Shown in pieces: positions 19,390 through 28,779 of a stretch of 64,000 nucleotides of DNA. The stretch's first letter is position 1. Every line of letters begins with the position of its first letter. The notes beneath the pieces were generated by a model. That model was not told where the DNA came from. It did not search any database and saw only the letters and a program-made list of their open reading frames with translations. Source of the DNA: Parcubacteria group bacterium GW2011_GWA2_43_13 (GTDB lineage Bacteria > Patescibacteriota > Patescibacteriia > UBA9629 > GWA2-43-13); NCBI GenBank assembly GCA_000999025.1, contig LCFM01000004.1, positions 1,925 to 65,924 of the forward strand, given 5' to 3'. Position numbers and translations under genes: made by a program.

Positions 19390-19618
19390 GCTCTCGTCGT
19401 TCAACGGATAGGACACGAGATTGCGTTCCCTGTCATAATATCTGCTCCCATCGTTCAATGGATAGGACGCAAGATTGCGGATCTTGTAATCCAAGTTCGA
19501 ATCTTGGTGGGAGCATATATCATGGCAATAATATCTCGCTACCCTACAGGTGATAATTGAGGTTCTCACCCTATTGAGGGCGATCACCCTGTATAGGATG
19601 AGATTCCTCACGAGAGCA
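19390..19618 (+). tRNA. Interrupted outer tRNA-Arg(GCG)-like gene in four pieces: 19390-19425, 19532-19538, 19554-19565, 19602-19618
   Basis: The joined pieces give a 72-nt cloverleaf with stems GCTCTCG/CGAGAGC, GTTC/GGAC, CGAGA/TCTCG and TGAGG/CCTCA; function unknown. Confidence 0.7.
19444..19515 (+). tRNA. tRNA-Arg(GCG), intact, nested in the outer tRNA
   Basis: GCTCCCA/TGGGAGC; CAAGA-TT-GCG-GA-TCTTG; CCAAG-TTCGAAT-CTTGG. Confidence 0.93.
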
Positions 19619-19635
19619 ATGGATACTTTTAAAAA

Positions 19636-19669
19636 ACAGAAACAGGCCGCTTCTTGCGGCTTTTTCTGT
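19636..19669 (+). terminator. Intrinsic terminator after the outer tRNA
   Basis: GCCGC-ttctt-GCGGC-TTTTT. Confidence 0.7.
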
Positions 19670-19727
19670 ATCTTGGCTCATTGCCCCAATAGCAAAATAC
19701 ACTCCAATATGATATACAAAAAAGGAT

Positions 19728-21857
19728 ATGAACATCACCCTGAACACAGCGGTTTCCGAACTCTGGAAAGTTGGCAAGGTTACGGCAAGTCGGTTAAAAA
19801 AATTAGGCGTTGAAACTGTCTATGATCTTTTAATGTACTATCCATTTCGATACGACGATTTTTCAGTCATCACGCCTATCGCAAATATTCAACCTCACCA
19901 ACCGGTAACAATTCACGGGGAAATCATGATGATTGCAAATAAAAAAACAGCTCGACAAGGAATGAATATCACAGAGGCAATGATTCAAGACGCGCATGGA
20001 GACACAATCCCCTGCATTTGGTTCAATCAACCGTATCTTGCAAAAACACTTTCTATTGGAACACGCATTGCTCTTTCAGGAACGCCTGAATATGGATATC
20101 GCAATGCTCTGCAATTCACATCACCCCAATACGAAAAAATCATCAGCTCATCTCATATCCACACCGGCCGATTGGTGCCTATTTATCCAACCACTGCCAA
20201 CCTCACGCAAAAACAAATCAGATTTTTAATACAAACCGCAATGGAGTCGGTAAACAATGTATCTGACTGGATACCAGACGCTATAAAAACAGATGCCCAC
20301 CTTATCTCCCGAAAAGAAGCTATTAAAGAAATTCATTTCCCAACCGCACAATCCTCGCTTGCCAAGGCAGAACGGCGACTGAAATTTGAAGAACTCTTTT
20401 TAACTCAACTCCTTGCGTTTACTTCCCGCAACCACGCGCAACAATCCCAAGCTCATGCGTTGCATTTTCATGAAGATGCTATCAAGTCCTTTGTTGCCGG
20501 ATTGCCATTTATACTCACAGATGACCAAAAAAAGACCGCATGGCACATTATACAGGACTGCGAACACACAATGCCCATGAATCGGCTATTAGAAGGCGAT
20601 GTCGGCTCAGGAAAAACAGCTGTCGCGGCTATTGCAATGTTAAACTGCGCGCTGAATAATGTACAAGCAGTGCTGATGGCGCCGACGGAAATTTTAGCGC
20701 GCCAGCATTTTCAGACGCTGATGGAGTTGTTCGCTCATACCTCACCCCAACCCTCCCCTTGTAAAGGAGAGGGAGGCATATCGCCAACTATCGCCTTACT
20801 TACCAATTCCGAACACCGATTATACACACTGAACAACAAAAAACAAAAAACATATACAAAAAAACAAATAATTCAAGCAATTGCAGATGGCACCGCTCAT
20901 ATTGTGTTAGGCACCCATGCGCTGATACAAGAGGCAATAACATTTCACAGCATAGGGCTTGCCATTATTGATGAACAGCATCGCTTTGGCGTTGAACAAC
21001 GCAAAATGCTTATGCAAAAATCAATACAGACCGCACTATCCCCTCACTTTCTCTCCATGACGGCAACCCCTATCCCCCGTTCGCTCGCACTCACAGTATA
21101 CGGCGATCTTGATCTTTCTGTTATAAAACAGATGCCTAAAAATAGAAAACCGATTATCACTCGCATCATCCATCCTGCGGATCGCAATACAACATACGAA
21201 TTCATACGCTCCCATATTAAACAAGGCAGACAAGCATTTGTGATTTGTCCGTTGATTGAAGAATCCGATACATTGGGCATCAAAGCCGCAACGCAGGAAT
21301 ATGAACGGCTATCGCGTGATGTATTCCCCACTATCACTGTTGGGTTATTGCACGGAAAACTCAAACCAAAAGAAAAACAAGAAATACAAGAAAAATTTTC
21401 AAGCGGAGTGATTGATATTTTAGTTGCAACATCAGTGGTTGAAGTTGGGGTCAATATACCAAATGCAACCATTATGGTTATTGAAGGAGCGGAACGATTT
21501 GGATTGGCGCAACTCCATCAATTTCGTGGCAGAGTAGGTCGTGCGCACCATCAATCATATTGCTTTTTATTCACCAGCCACGCAGAACAAAAAAATCGCC
21601 TTGAGGCGCTTGTCAACACAACAAATGGATTTGAATTAGCAGAAATAGACCTTACACTGCGTGGGCCCGGCGATATGTTTGGTACGCGTCAGTCCGGTTT
21701 ACCGAATCTTCGTATTGCCTCGCTCACTGATATTGCGTTAATAGCAGAAACACGTACGCACGCGAAAAAACTTTTTGAGCAGGATCCGACCTTACAATCA
21801 TGGCCGACGCTTAAATCGTTGGTTGAGGAGTACGCAAATAAAACGCATCGGGAATAA
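19728..21857 (+). CDS. recG: ATP-dependent DNA helicase RecG, with in-frame repeat inserts
   Basis: GDVGSGKT, DEQHRFG, MTATPIPR, QLHQFRGRVGR, DLTLRGPG. Confidence 0.97.
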   Translation: MNITLNTAVSELWKVGKVTASRLKKLGVETVYDLLMYYPFRYDDFSVITPIANIQPHQPVTIHGEIMMIANKKTARQGMNITEAMIQDAHGDTIPCIWFNQPYLAKTLSIGTRIALSGTPEYGYRNALQFTSPQYEKIISSSHIHTGRLVPIYPTTANLTQKQIRFLIQTAMESVNNVSDWIPDAIKTDAHLISRKEAIKEIHFPTAQSSLAKAERRLKFEELFLTQLLAFTSRNHAQQSQAHALHFHEDAIKSFVAGLPFILTDDQKKTAWHIIQDCEHTMPMNRLLEGDVGSGKTAVAAIAMLNCALNNVQAVLMAPTEILARQHFQTLMELFAHTSPQPSPCKGEGGISPTIALLTNSEHRLYTLNNKKQKTYTKKQIIQAIADGTAHIVLGTHALIQEAITFHSIGLAIIDEQHRFGVEQRKMLMQKSIQTALSPHFLSMTATPIPRSLALTVYGDLDLSVIKQMPKNRKPIITRIIHPADRNTTYEFIRSHIKQGRQAFVICPLIEESDTLGIKAATQEYERLSRDVFPTITVGLLHGKLKPKEKQEIQEKFSSGVIDILVATSVVEVGVNIPNATIMVIEGAERFGLAQLHQFRGRVGRAHHQSYCFLFTSHAEQKNRLEALVNTTNGFELAEIDLTLRGPGDMFGTRQSGLPNLRIASLTDIALIAETRTHAKKLFEQDPTLQSWPTLKSLVEEYANKTHRE
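20737..20780. repeat. CCCTCTCC..GGAGAGGG element in-frame in recG
   Basis: 40/44 nt identical to the intergenic copy at 50843-50886; encodes TSPQPSPCKGEGG. Confidence 0.88.
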
Positions 21858-21864
21858 AAAATCA

Positions 21865-23181
21865 TTAAAACATCCCGCCCAACACTTCTGTAAGCGATTT
21901 CCCCTGCTCAATCTCCAATACTTGAAACCCCAACTGCTCTGCTTCTTTTTTTCTCCTATCCTCATGCGGAACGCGCCTAATTTCGCCTGCCAATCCCACC
22001 TCGCCCCACACAACAGCGTCATTTCTGATTGCACTATTTTTATACGCAGACGCGATAGCCGCGGCAACAGCCATATCTGCGGCCGGTTCTTTGATTTTAT
22101 AGCCGCCCACAACATTCACAAACACGTCATACGCACTGATAGCAATACCTGCTCTGCGCTCAAGAACTGCAAGGAGTAATTGAACCCGATTGAGATCCAT
22201 CCCCGATACCGTGCGTTTGGGATACCCAAATTGCGTGCGAGAAACAAGCGCCTGAATTTCCACAATAAAAGGCCGCACTCCTTCAAGTACAACCGTAAGC
22301 GCGGAGCCGGGAGATGAATGACGCTCTGTCGGTAAAAAAATACGCGACGGATTAGAGACCTCGGATAATCCTTTTTCATTCATGGCAAATACCCCGACTT
22401 CAGATGTTGACCCAAAACGATTTTTTACCCCCCTCAACAACCGATATCCTGACGACTGATCGCCTTCAAGATACAACACCACATCAACCAAATGCTCAAG
22501 CGTGCGCGGACCTGCCACAGCGCCGTCTTTTGTAACATGGCCAATCAATATAACCGCGGTGCCTGTTTCTTTCGCGGCCTGAAGTAATTTGACTGTACAG
22601 GCCCGAACTTGCGTAATTGATCCCGGCTCTTGCTGAACATCAAGAGACGCAATGGTTTGAATAGAATCAATCACCGCAAGCGCTGGGGATGTTGCTTTGA
22701 GTGCTGATATAATTGCCTCAACAGTTGTTTCCGAAGAAAACGCAACAGCATCCGAGTGCATGCCAAGCCGATCAAACCGCATTTTCACCTGACGTGCTGA
22801 TTCTTCACCAGAAACATACACCACCCCTGCGCCACGAGCCGCAATCCCAGCGCACACCTGTCCTGTGAGTGTTGATTTTCCAACTCCGGGATCGCCACCT
22901 AATAATACCAACGATCCTGCAACAAACCCACCACCTAATACACGATCCATTTCGCTGATACCTGATGAAAACCTATCTTCTGCCTGCGCCACGATATCCG
23001 CAAGCTGGAGTGTCTTTGCTGATGGAATCGCTACCGCTTTTGCGTTTGTTGCGCCCACCATTGCAACTTCTTCTTCAAGAGTTCCCCATTTTCCGCAAGA
23101 TGAACACTGCCCAAGCCATTTGGGGAATTGCGCATCGCAATTGACACAATGGTAAATCACTTTTGGTTTTGCATTCGACAT
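21865..23181 (-). CDS. radA: DNA repair protein RadA/Sms
   Basis: C4 Zn finger, GDPGVGKST, KNRFG, Lon-like C-terminus. Confidence 0.97.
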   Translation of the reverse strand: MSNAKPKVIYHCVNCDAQFPKWLGQCSSCGKWGTLEEEVAMVGATNAKAVAIPSAKTLQLADIVAQAEDRFSSGISEMDRVLGGGFVAGSLVLLGGDPGVGKSTLTGQVCAGIAARGAGVVYVSGEESARQVKMRFDRLGMHSDAVAFSSETTVEAIISALKATSPALAVIDSIQTIASLDVQQEPGSITQVRACTVKLLQAAKETGTAVILIGHVTKDGAVAGPRTLEHLVDVVLYLEGDQSSGYRLLRGVKNRFGSTSEVGVFAMNEKGLSEVSNPSRIFLPTERHSSPGSALTVVLEGVRPFIVEIQALVSRTQFGYPKRTVSGMDLNRVQLLLAVLERRAGIAISAYDVFVNVVGGYKIKEPAADMAVAAAIASAYKNSAIRNDAVVWGEVGLAGEIRRVPHEDRRKKEAEQLGFQVLEIEQGKSLTEVLGGMF

Positions 23182-23335
23182 AGCACTGTATAGTATCACT
23201 TCAAGATAGAAACCACCACTGCGTTTACTGACATACACGCAATAAAAAAAGGCAGCTATCGTCACGGATAGCCACCTGCGATCATCGCCCCTGTTCTTTT
23301 AGATAGACTCGCCCACTCAGCGACAGTCCCATACA

Positions 23336-24616
23336 CTACGGAGTGAACGACCTCTGCGGTGCGAGATACTGGTAGCGCCGTTGCACCAGTTCCTCGACAG
23401 TTTGCGCTGGCGCGATCATATCCACACGGCCGTCAAGGCGTAGTATCAGCATCTGTGGCCATGGCCAGTTGTTATAGTTATTTCCCATCTCCGGGGCATG
23501 CGCGCCGGTGTCGTGAACAATGACATGCTGACCCTCTTGGAGCGAGAGCATTCTGTCCCAGCCGAAGCGATCGCTGTCTTCGCAGGCCGGTCCAACCACG
23601 CTACACACAACAGGTTCGTCGACCGGAGATTCGAACACAGTTATGTGATGATACCCGCCGTTAGGATGATACATCGGCGGACGCATAATGGACGCCATTG
23701 CCGAAGCATCAACTCCGCGGAACTCGCGGTAGCCGTGCTTCACAGTTATACACCTGGCAACGAAAACGCCGTTGGGACCAAGAACATAGCGGCCATTTTC
23801 CGAACATAGCCGCGGACGCCATCCACGCTTGCTGGCAAAAGTATGCAGAGTTTGAGTGATAGCTACTGCCAGACGTTCTAGGTCAACCGGATCGTCTTCC
23901 GGTCGGTAGGGAATGCCGAGCCCGCCACCGATATTAATGAACCTCACGCGGATATTGAGCCCGTCTTCCAGAAGACCGGCGACATCCAGAAGCATATTGG
24001 CTGTCTCGGCATGGCACTCCCAATTGCGCTCATTGGACACGAGCATGGTATGCAACCCGAAAGAGGTAGCGCCACACTCCTGTGCCTGTCGATAGGCATC
24101 CACGATCTGCTCGTGCGGTACGCCGTACTTGCACGTTTCGGGATTACCAATGACGCTGTCCAACACGCGCTGGGCGCCAGGGTTATAGCGGAAGCAAACG
24201 AATTGTGGAAATGGAGATGGCACCCGTGCGATTAACCCCCTATCATCAAGGTTGAGGATACAGCCACCGTCAGCTCTACTCACCTCAAAAAGACGGGCTG
24301 AAGTGTTGTTGGAAGTGAAAAAAATGTCCTCGGAAACGGCACCGACGCGCCGAGCTAAAACGAGCTCCACCTCGGAACTGCAGTCAAAGCCCATTCCCAA
24401 TTTAAAAAGTAGCTTTAGCACTTCGGGGTTGGAGTTTGCCTTAACTGCAAAGAAGTTGCGGTACAGGTTACACGCTCGACGCAAGACGGAACAGAGACGT
24501 TCTGTTGTCCCTATTATCCCGAGCTCATCCAGGATATGAAATGGCGTGCCGAAGTGCTGGATGACACTTGGCAAAACCGGGAACAGCCGGTTTTCGAAAT
24601 CTTGCGACATGGGCAC
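23336..24616 (-). CDS. lysA: Diaminopimelate decarboxylase
   Basis: FAVKAN (PLP Lys), GFDCSS, INIGGGLGIPY, ENGRY, GPACEDSD; GTG start preceded by AGGAGG. Confidence 0.85.
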   Translation of the reverse strand: MPMSQDFENRLFPVLPSVIQHFGTPFHILDELGIIGTTERLCSVLRRACNLYRNFFAVKANSNPEVLKLLFKLGMGFDCSSEVELVLARRVGAVSEDIFFTSNNTSARLFEVSRADGGCILNLDDRGLIARVPSPFPQFVCFRYNPGAQRVLDSVIGNPETCKYGVPHEQIVDAYRQAQECGATSFGLHTMLVSNERNWECHAETANMLLDVAGLLEDGLNIRVRFINIGGGLGIPYRPEDDPVDLERLAVAITQTLHTFASKRGWRPRLCSENGRYVLGPNGVFVARCITVKHGYREFRGVDASAMASIMRPPMYHPNGGYHHITVFESPVDEPVVCSVVGPACEDSDRFGWDRMLSLQEGQHVIVHDTGAHAPEMGNNYNNWPWPQMLILRLDGRVDMIAPAQTVEELVQRRYQYLAPQRSFTP

Positions 24617-24860
24617 AGCGCGATCCTCCTCGTTGTGGGGGTAATAAAAACACTTCTGAAGTATCAAAGAACATACCCCCAATGATCAAAATCCTACTTA
24701 AAACAAGTATCTTTGTCAAACATACAATGAACAAAAATAATCAACAATTTCATTTAACCACCTTCCTCCCCTTGGCACAAAAATGGCTATTGGTAAACAA
24801 AAACCACACCAACGAAATGATGCGGTTTGAAGGCGTATTACTTCATGCCCTTGCTTTTTG

Positions 24861-25547
24861 CTATTGCAACTGCTCTCGCTTTTTCAAATCACTCAAAATT
24901 TGCTCAAGTTGGTCTTTTTCCGGCAATCCGGAAATTTCTACATCACCAATGATGTAATACGGCGTTGCATCAACACCCAATGCCTGGCCTTCTGATATAT
25001 CCTGCCTGATATTGCCGACATATCTGCCGGACTCCATACACACTTGAAAACGATCAATGGGCATACCAAGCTGGCGGGCAAGCAATATCATGCCCTGCTG
25101 GTTCAGTGCCACATTTCGACGGAACAGTTCATCATGAAAATCCCAAAACCTTCCCATTTCCGCCGCGCATCGAGCCGCGTTATGCACAACTGTTGTGCCG
25201 GGATGCGACTGTTCAACAGGGAAATCTTTCCACACAAGCTGAATATCGTTCGGATACGAAGAAAGGAGTTCATTGATAATCGGCGCCGCTTGCGCGCAAG
25301 CTGGACACAAAAAATCGCTGTATTCAACAATTTTCATAACAGCAGTGTCAGGTCCTTTGCGTATTGTTGTTTTGTCAATGATTGGCTCAGAAATATTTAA
25401 ACGATTCGAAGAAGATGGTTGTTGCGTGTTTTGTCTTTTCAAAAACGAGGGTATGCCGAACACGGAAAAAGCGAATGCAGTAATAACCGATATCGCTATC
25501 AGAATACATAACGCTATGCCAAGTGTAGTTAATGATTCTTTTTTCAT
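24861..25547 (-). CDS. Membrane-anchored DsbA/BdbD-like thiol-disulfide oxidoreductase
   Basis: EYSDFLCPAC; GVDATP cis-Pro loop; N-terminal TM helix. Confidence 0.9.
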   Translation of the reverse strand: MKKESLTTLGIALCILIAISVITAFAFSVFGIPSFLKRQNTQQPSSSNRLNISEPIIDKTTIRKGPDTAVMKIVEYSDFLCPACAQAAPIINELLSSYPNDIQLVWKDFPVEQSHPGTTVVHNAARCAAEMGRFWDFHDELFRRNVALNQQGMILLARQLGMPIDRFQVCMESGRYVGNIRQDISEGQALGVDATPYYIIGDVEISGLPEKDQLEQILSDLKKREQLQ

Positions 25548-25574
25548 ACTCAACCCCCTCTTTATCTCCTGCAA

Positions 25575-25602
25575 CGGAGACGCCCCAGGGGGGCGTCTCT
25601 AC
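25575..25602. repeat. GTAG-type REP palindrome (intergenic)
   Basis: GGAGACGCCCCaggGGGGCGTCTCTAC. Confidence 0.8.
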
Positions 25603-25625
25603 AATACATTTTTTATATATCAATG

Positions 25626-26924
25626 TTATTCCAACCCCATCCGATACACGCCACCCAGCGTGCTATCACGGAATATCAAGTCCTTTCCATCAGAAGATAT
25701 GTGAAGATCGGTTGCCTTCAGCCCGGGTGGCGCTCCAACCGGTTTTGCAAGTAGTGTGGTCTTGCCGGTAAAAATATCAATTTCATAAAAATCTTCAGGT
25801 ATTTTTTTTGCCAACTCTGGGAATAACCCAGATCCTTGCGGTAATTCTTGCGGCACCGCGCAAATGACACTCTCACCATTTGATCTAAATACACATTTTT
25901 CAGCCCATGTCTGCACATACAACGGCACGTTGTTTTCTCCCATTGTCTCGGGACGAGCATCAGTAATCCACAATGTTGGATTATGATTTGTTGTTTCACT
26001 GCGCACGCTATACAGCAATTTATCTCCTGTCGGCGCCCACACTTCCTCAAACCCACGACCGGCAACGCGCAAAGCAGGTAAATTCTCTTGATTCTTTCCT
26101 AAAGGATAAATCTTTTGCGTATCACCTGTTTCGCCTTTAGTATAAAACGCAATCACCTGATTATTCGGCGACCAATCAACCCGCACTAATACGCCGTTGT
26201 CGCCTAAATGCTCAACATTTTGAATTGATTCGCCGTCAGTGCTTGATACGGCAAGCCAATTCTGCCAAAAATCAGTTGTCATCATTTTATACGCCACTTC
26301 TTGCGATGACGGGGAAAACGAAAATCCTTCTGCTTCTTTGGGAAGCGTTACCTGTTTATCATGAGCAAAATCATAAATAATATTGTAGCCGTCTGGAAAT
26401 TCAACCACTGCTTTATCGCCTGATTGCGACCACACTACCTGCTTTGCGCTTGGGAACGCGTCTTGAGAAAGATACTGTGTTTTTTGATCTAAACTAACTT
26501 CAACGAATTGTCCTTTTGACTGATCATAATACCTCACTGATCCATCTCCGCTGATTGCAATATTTTGAAACGACCCACTCGGCGTTGTGGGAGTAATGGC
26601 AGTATATCCGCCCTGTGCCACATCTGACACATTTCCAATCTGCGCCCCCTCATCCCCAAGTTGAGGAAGATCGGAAATACTGCCTCTTGTACCAGAAACT
26701 GCGAGCCCTCCTTGTGATTGCGACTGCTGAACAGTACCGCTTGTACCATCTTGAAGACCAGCTTGAGGTAACCCTTCGAGAGATGGCTTTGACGGAACAG
26801 GAGCAAGTACATTTGCACCTTGATCCCGACCAGAATTAAAAAAGACGAGCCAAATCCCAAGGATTATAACAAAAATCCCCATTACCCCCACACTGATAAT
26901 AATCATTGTCCTTTTATCCATCAT
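25626..26924 (-). CDS. Membrane-anchored beta-propeller (TolB/PD40-like) protein
   Basis: Repeated WS/FSP..G..[VI]A motifs after an N-terminal TM helix. Confidence 0.7.
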   Translation of the reverse strand: MMDKRTMIIISVGVMGIFVIILGIWLVFFNSGRDQGANVLAPVPSKPSLEGLPQAGLQDGTSGTVQQSQSQGGLAVSGTRGSISDLPQLGDEGAQIGNVSDVAQGGYTAITPTTPSGSFQNIAISGDGSVRYYDQSKGQFVEVSLDQKTQYLSQDAFPSAKQVVWSQSGDKAVVEFPDGYNIIYDFAHDKQVTLPKEAEGFSFSPSSQEVAYKMMTTDFWQNWLAVSSTDGESIQNVEHLGDNGVLVRVDWSPNNQVIAFYTKGETGDTQKIYPLGKNQENLPALRVAGRGFEEVWAPTGDKLLYSVRSETTNHNPTLWITDARPETMGENNVPLYVQTWAEKCVFRSNGESVICAVPQELPQGSGLFPELAKKIPEDFYEIDIFTGKTTLLAKPVGAPPGLKATDLHISSDGKDLIFRDSTLGGVYRMGLE

Positions 26925-26987
26925 AAAAACATCTTAAATACCATCTTACCATGTCTTAACTTATCATACTATATGATGATTTTTAAC

Positions 26988-28748
26988 TCATCGCTTGAAT
27001 AATCGAGTAAAATCATACATTTTCTCACCATACCGATCTATCTTTAACTGAATATCTATGCAACAATTTTGCGTACACTGAGAAAGGCCTCCCTTATAAG
27101 ATTGACCACTAAGTAACCCTGAATTCCAATAATCGCATGAAACTTTCGCTTCTTCTTTACTATCACAACTTGACTTGCATTGAATATAGTTATTCTTTGT
27201 GAAAACAGGGCTTACGGAGCTCCCCTCCCCGCTAACCTTAGCACAACATACGCCGTAGGTGTATGTATTAGCGGTGAAATCTGCATTCCACGCTATTTCA
27301 ACACCTGGTACTACAGCGTCATCACTGCACACAATATTATTCAACTGAAAAGCTTCATCAAGTTTCCCAGCGAATGGAATCCACGAAAATATTGAATAAA
27401 CAAGATCACCCATCTCTCCTATGAAGCTTTTATCAACCGCTACTTTACCACCCGGGACATCTGGCTTTACCGTCAAATTATTACACATGATATTCTTATT
27501 AGATCCATCGTTTATAAGATGTAAATCAATTCTATCGAATGTCCCGATTTGATCAGATCCATCACACCTAATACGAGCAAGATCCTGCCCACATTGTACT
27601 ATTCTTCTTGTAGCACTACAAAACTCTTTCGTATTCATATAATTCTCAGGAAGCCAAACACATGCCGGGACATCCACTTCCTTGCCTGCTTCTTGTCCCC
27701 TAGAGTCAAGATAATATCCTGCTACTTCTGTCGCCGCAGCTTTACAACTTGGCTCTCCTTGCGCAACATTACATCGCGCTTTTGCGTATTCACCAGCCAC
27801 CCCCTTACTACATCCAAAGCCAGTCGCATTCTTTAACTGAACACATGTTTTATTTTTATCAATATTAGACGGATTACTTGTAATAGAACGAAAACGTTCG
27901 GGTGTTACCCCATTTTTTAGCTCTTCTGCTATTTTATCTACATAACATACTCTGCCATAACATCCATTATAATCACCTTTTTCATCTAACTTATACTCAC
28001 TAAATTGCTTCCGATCATCTGCCTCCACCTCAACATATACTTCTCCGCATACTGTTTGAGTTGCTTGCAATATCGGTTTTTGTTTTGCTATCGCCTCATC
28101 AAGATGCTTGCCATTAGATGTCTCAAGATACATACTTGCTCCTTGGCATTGTGCCGCTATATACTCTCTTGCTCGATCCTCTGGATCAGCAAACTTCTGT
28201 TCTACTGTTTCAATCACATCCGGCATATTTTCTAATTTCAAATTCACTAATTCAGGATTGATTAAATTTAAAATATTATACGAAAGCAGTGCTATCACAA
28301 GTCCTGCGACCGCGCCTTTTATTCGTGTTTTTGCGTCATCTATTGCTCCGGAATTTCCGCCTGCAAACAACCATCGGTAACCAGCAATCATAATCATAAA
28401 CACCGAGGCAATCGCGGCAATCCCTACCAAAAACCGATACACTCCGGCGATATACGAAATAACGCCACCTGTTTTATCGTCTGGATCAACAACTGCCGTT
28501 GCCTTTGTAACACATCTGCCTTTAATGGTCTTGCCTTCTACTAATTTGTTGCAATCTTCATCTTTCTCACATTTCTCCCCTATCTTCCCAAGCGCGCATT
28601 CTTTTTTTGGCGTTGACACCCCCGGAATATACACTTGCAAATCAATTGGCGCAGGATCATCCGCGGAAAAAACATTGGAAATAATACCTATCACACCCAA
28701 AAAGACAATAACTATACTCAAGAATATTCGCACTTGTCTAAAAAACAT
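26988..28748 (-). CDS. VirB2/TrbC-like pilin-domain protein with a Cys-rich C-terminal extension
   Basis: YIAGVYRFLVGIAAIASVFMIMIAGYRWLFAGGN..AKTRIKGAVAGL..LINPELV. Confidence 0.75.
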   Translation of the reverse strand: MFFRQVRIFLSIVIVFLGVIGIISNVFSADDPAPIDLQVYIPGVSTPKKECALGKIGEKCEKDEDCNKLVEGKTIKGRCVTKATAVVDPDDKTGGVISYIAGVYRFLVGIAAIASVFMIMIAGYRWLFAGGNSGAIDDAKTRIKGAVAGLVIALLSYNILNLINPELVNLKLENMPDVIETVEQKFADPEDRAREYIAAQCQGASMYLETSNGKHLDEAIAKQKPILQATQTVCGEVYVEVEADDRKQFSEYKLDEKGDYNGCYGRVCYVDKIAEELKNGVTPERFRSITSNPSNIDKNKTCVQLKNATGFGCSKGVAGEYAKARCNVAQGEPSCKAAATEVAGYYLDSRGQEAGKEVDVPACVWLPENYMNTKEFCSATRRIVQCGQDLARIRCDGSDQIGTFDRIDLHLINDGSNKNIMCNNLTVKPDVPGGKVAVDKSFIGEMGDLVYSIFSWIPFAGKLDEAFQLNNIVCSDDAVVPGVEIAWNADFTANTYTYGVCCAKVSGEGSSVSPVFTKNNYIQCKSSCDSKEEAKVSCDYWNSGLLSGQSYKGGLSQCTQNCCIDIQLKIDRYGEKMYDFTRLFKR

Positions 28749-28779
28749 ATATCAATACAATTAACCCACAAACCACTAC

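Noticed and set aside
19426..19601. Group I/II or archaeal BHB introns in the outer tRNA
   Set aside because: The inserts are far too short for a ribozyme core, and I could not build 3-nt bulge/4-bp helix/3-nt bulge motifs at the junctions.
19369..19813. ORFs 19369..19611, 19550..19813 and 19571..19777
   Set aside because: They overlap the tRNA locus and terminator; the SHQDSNL-type peptide is the usual antisense-tRNA artefact.
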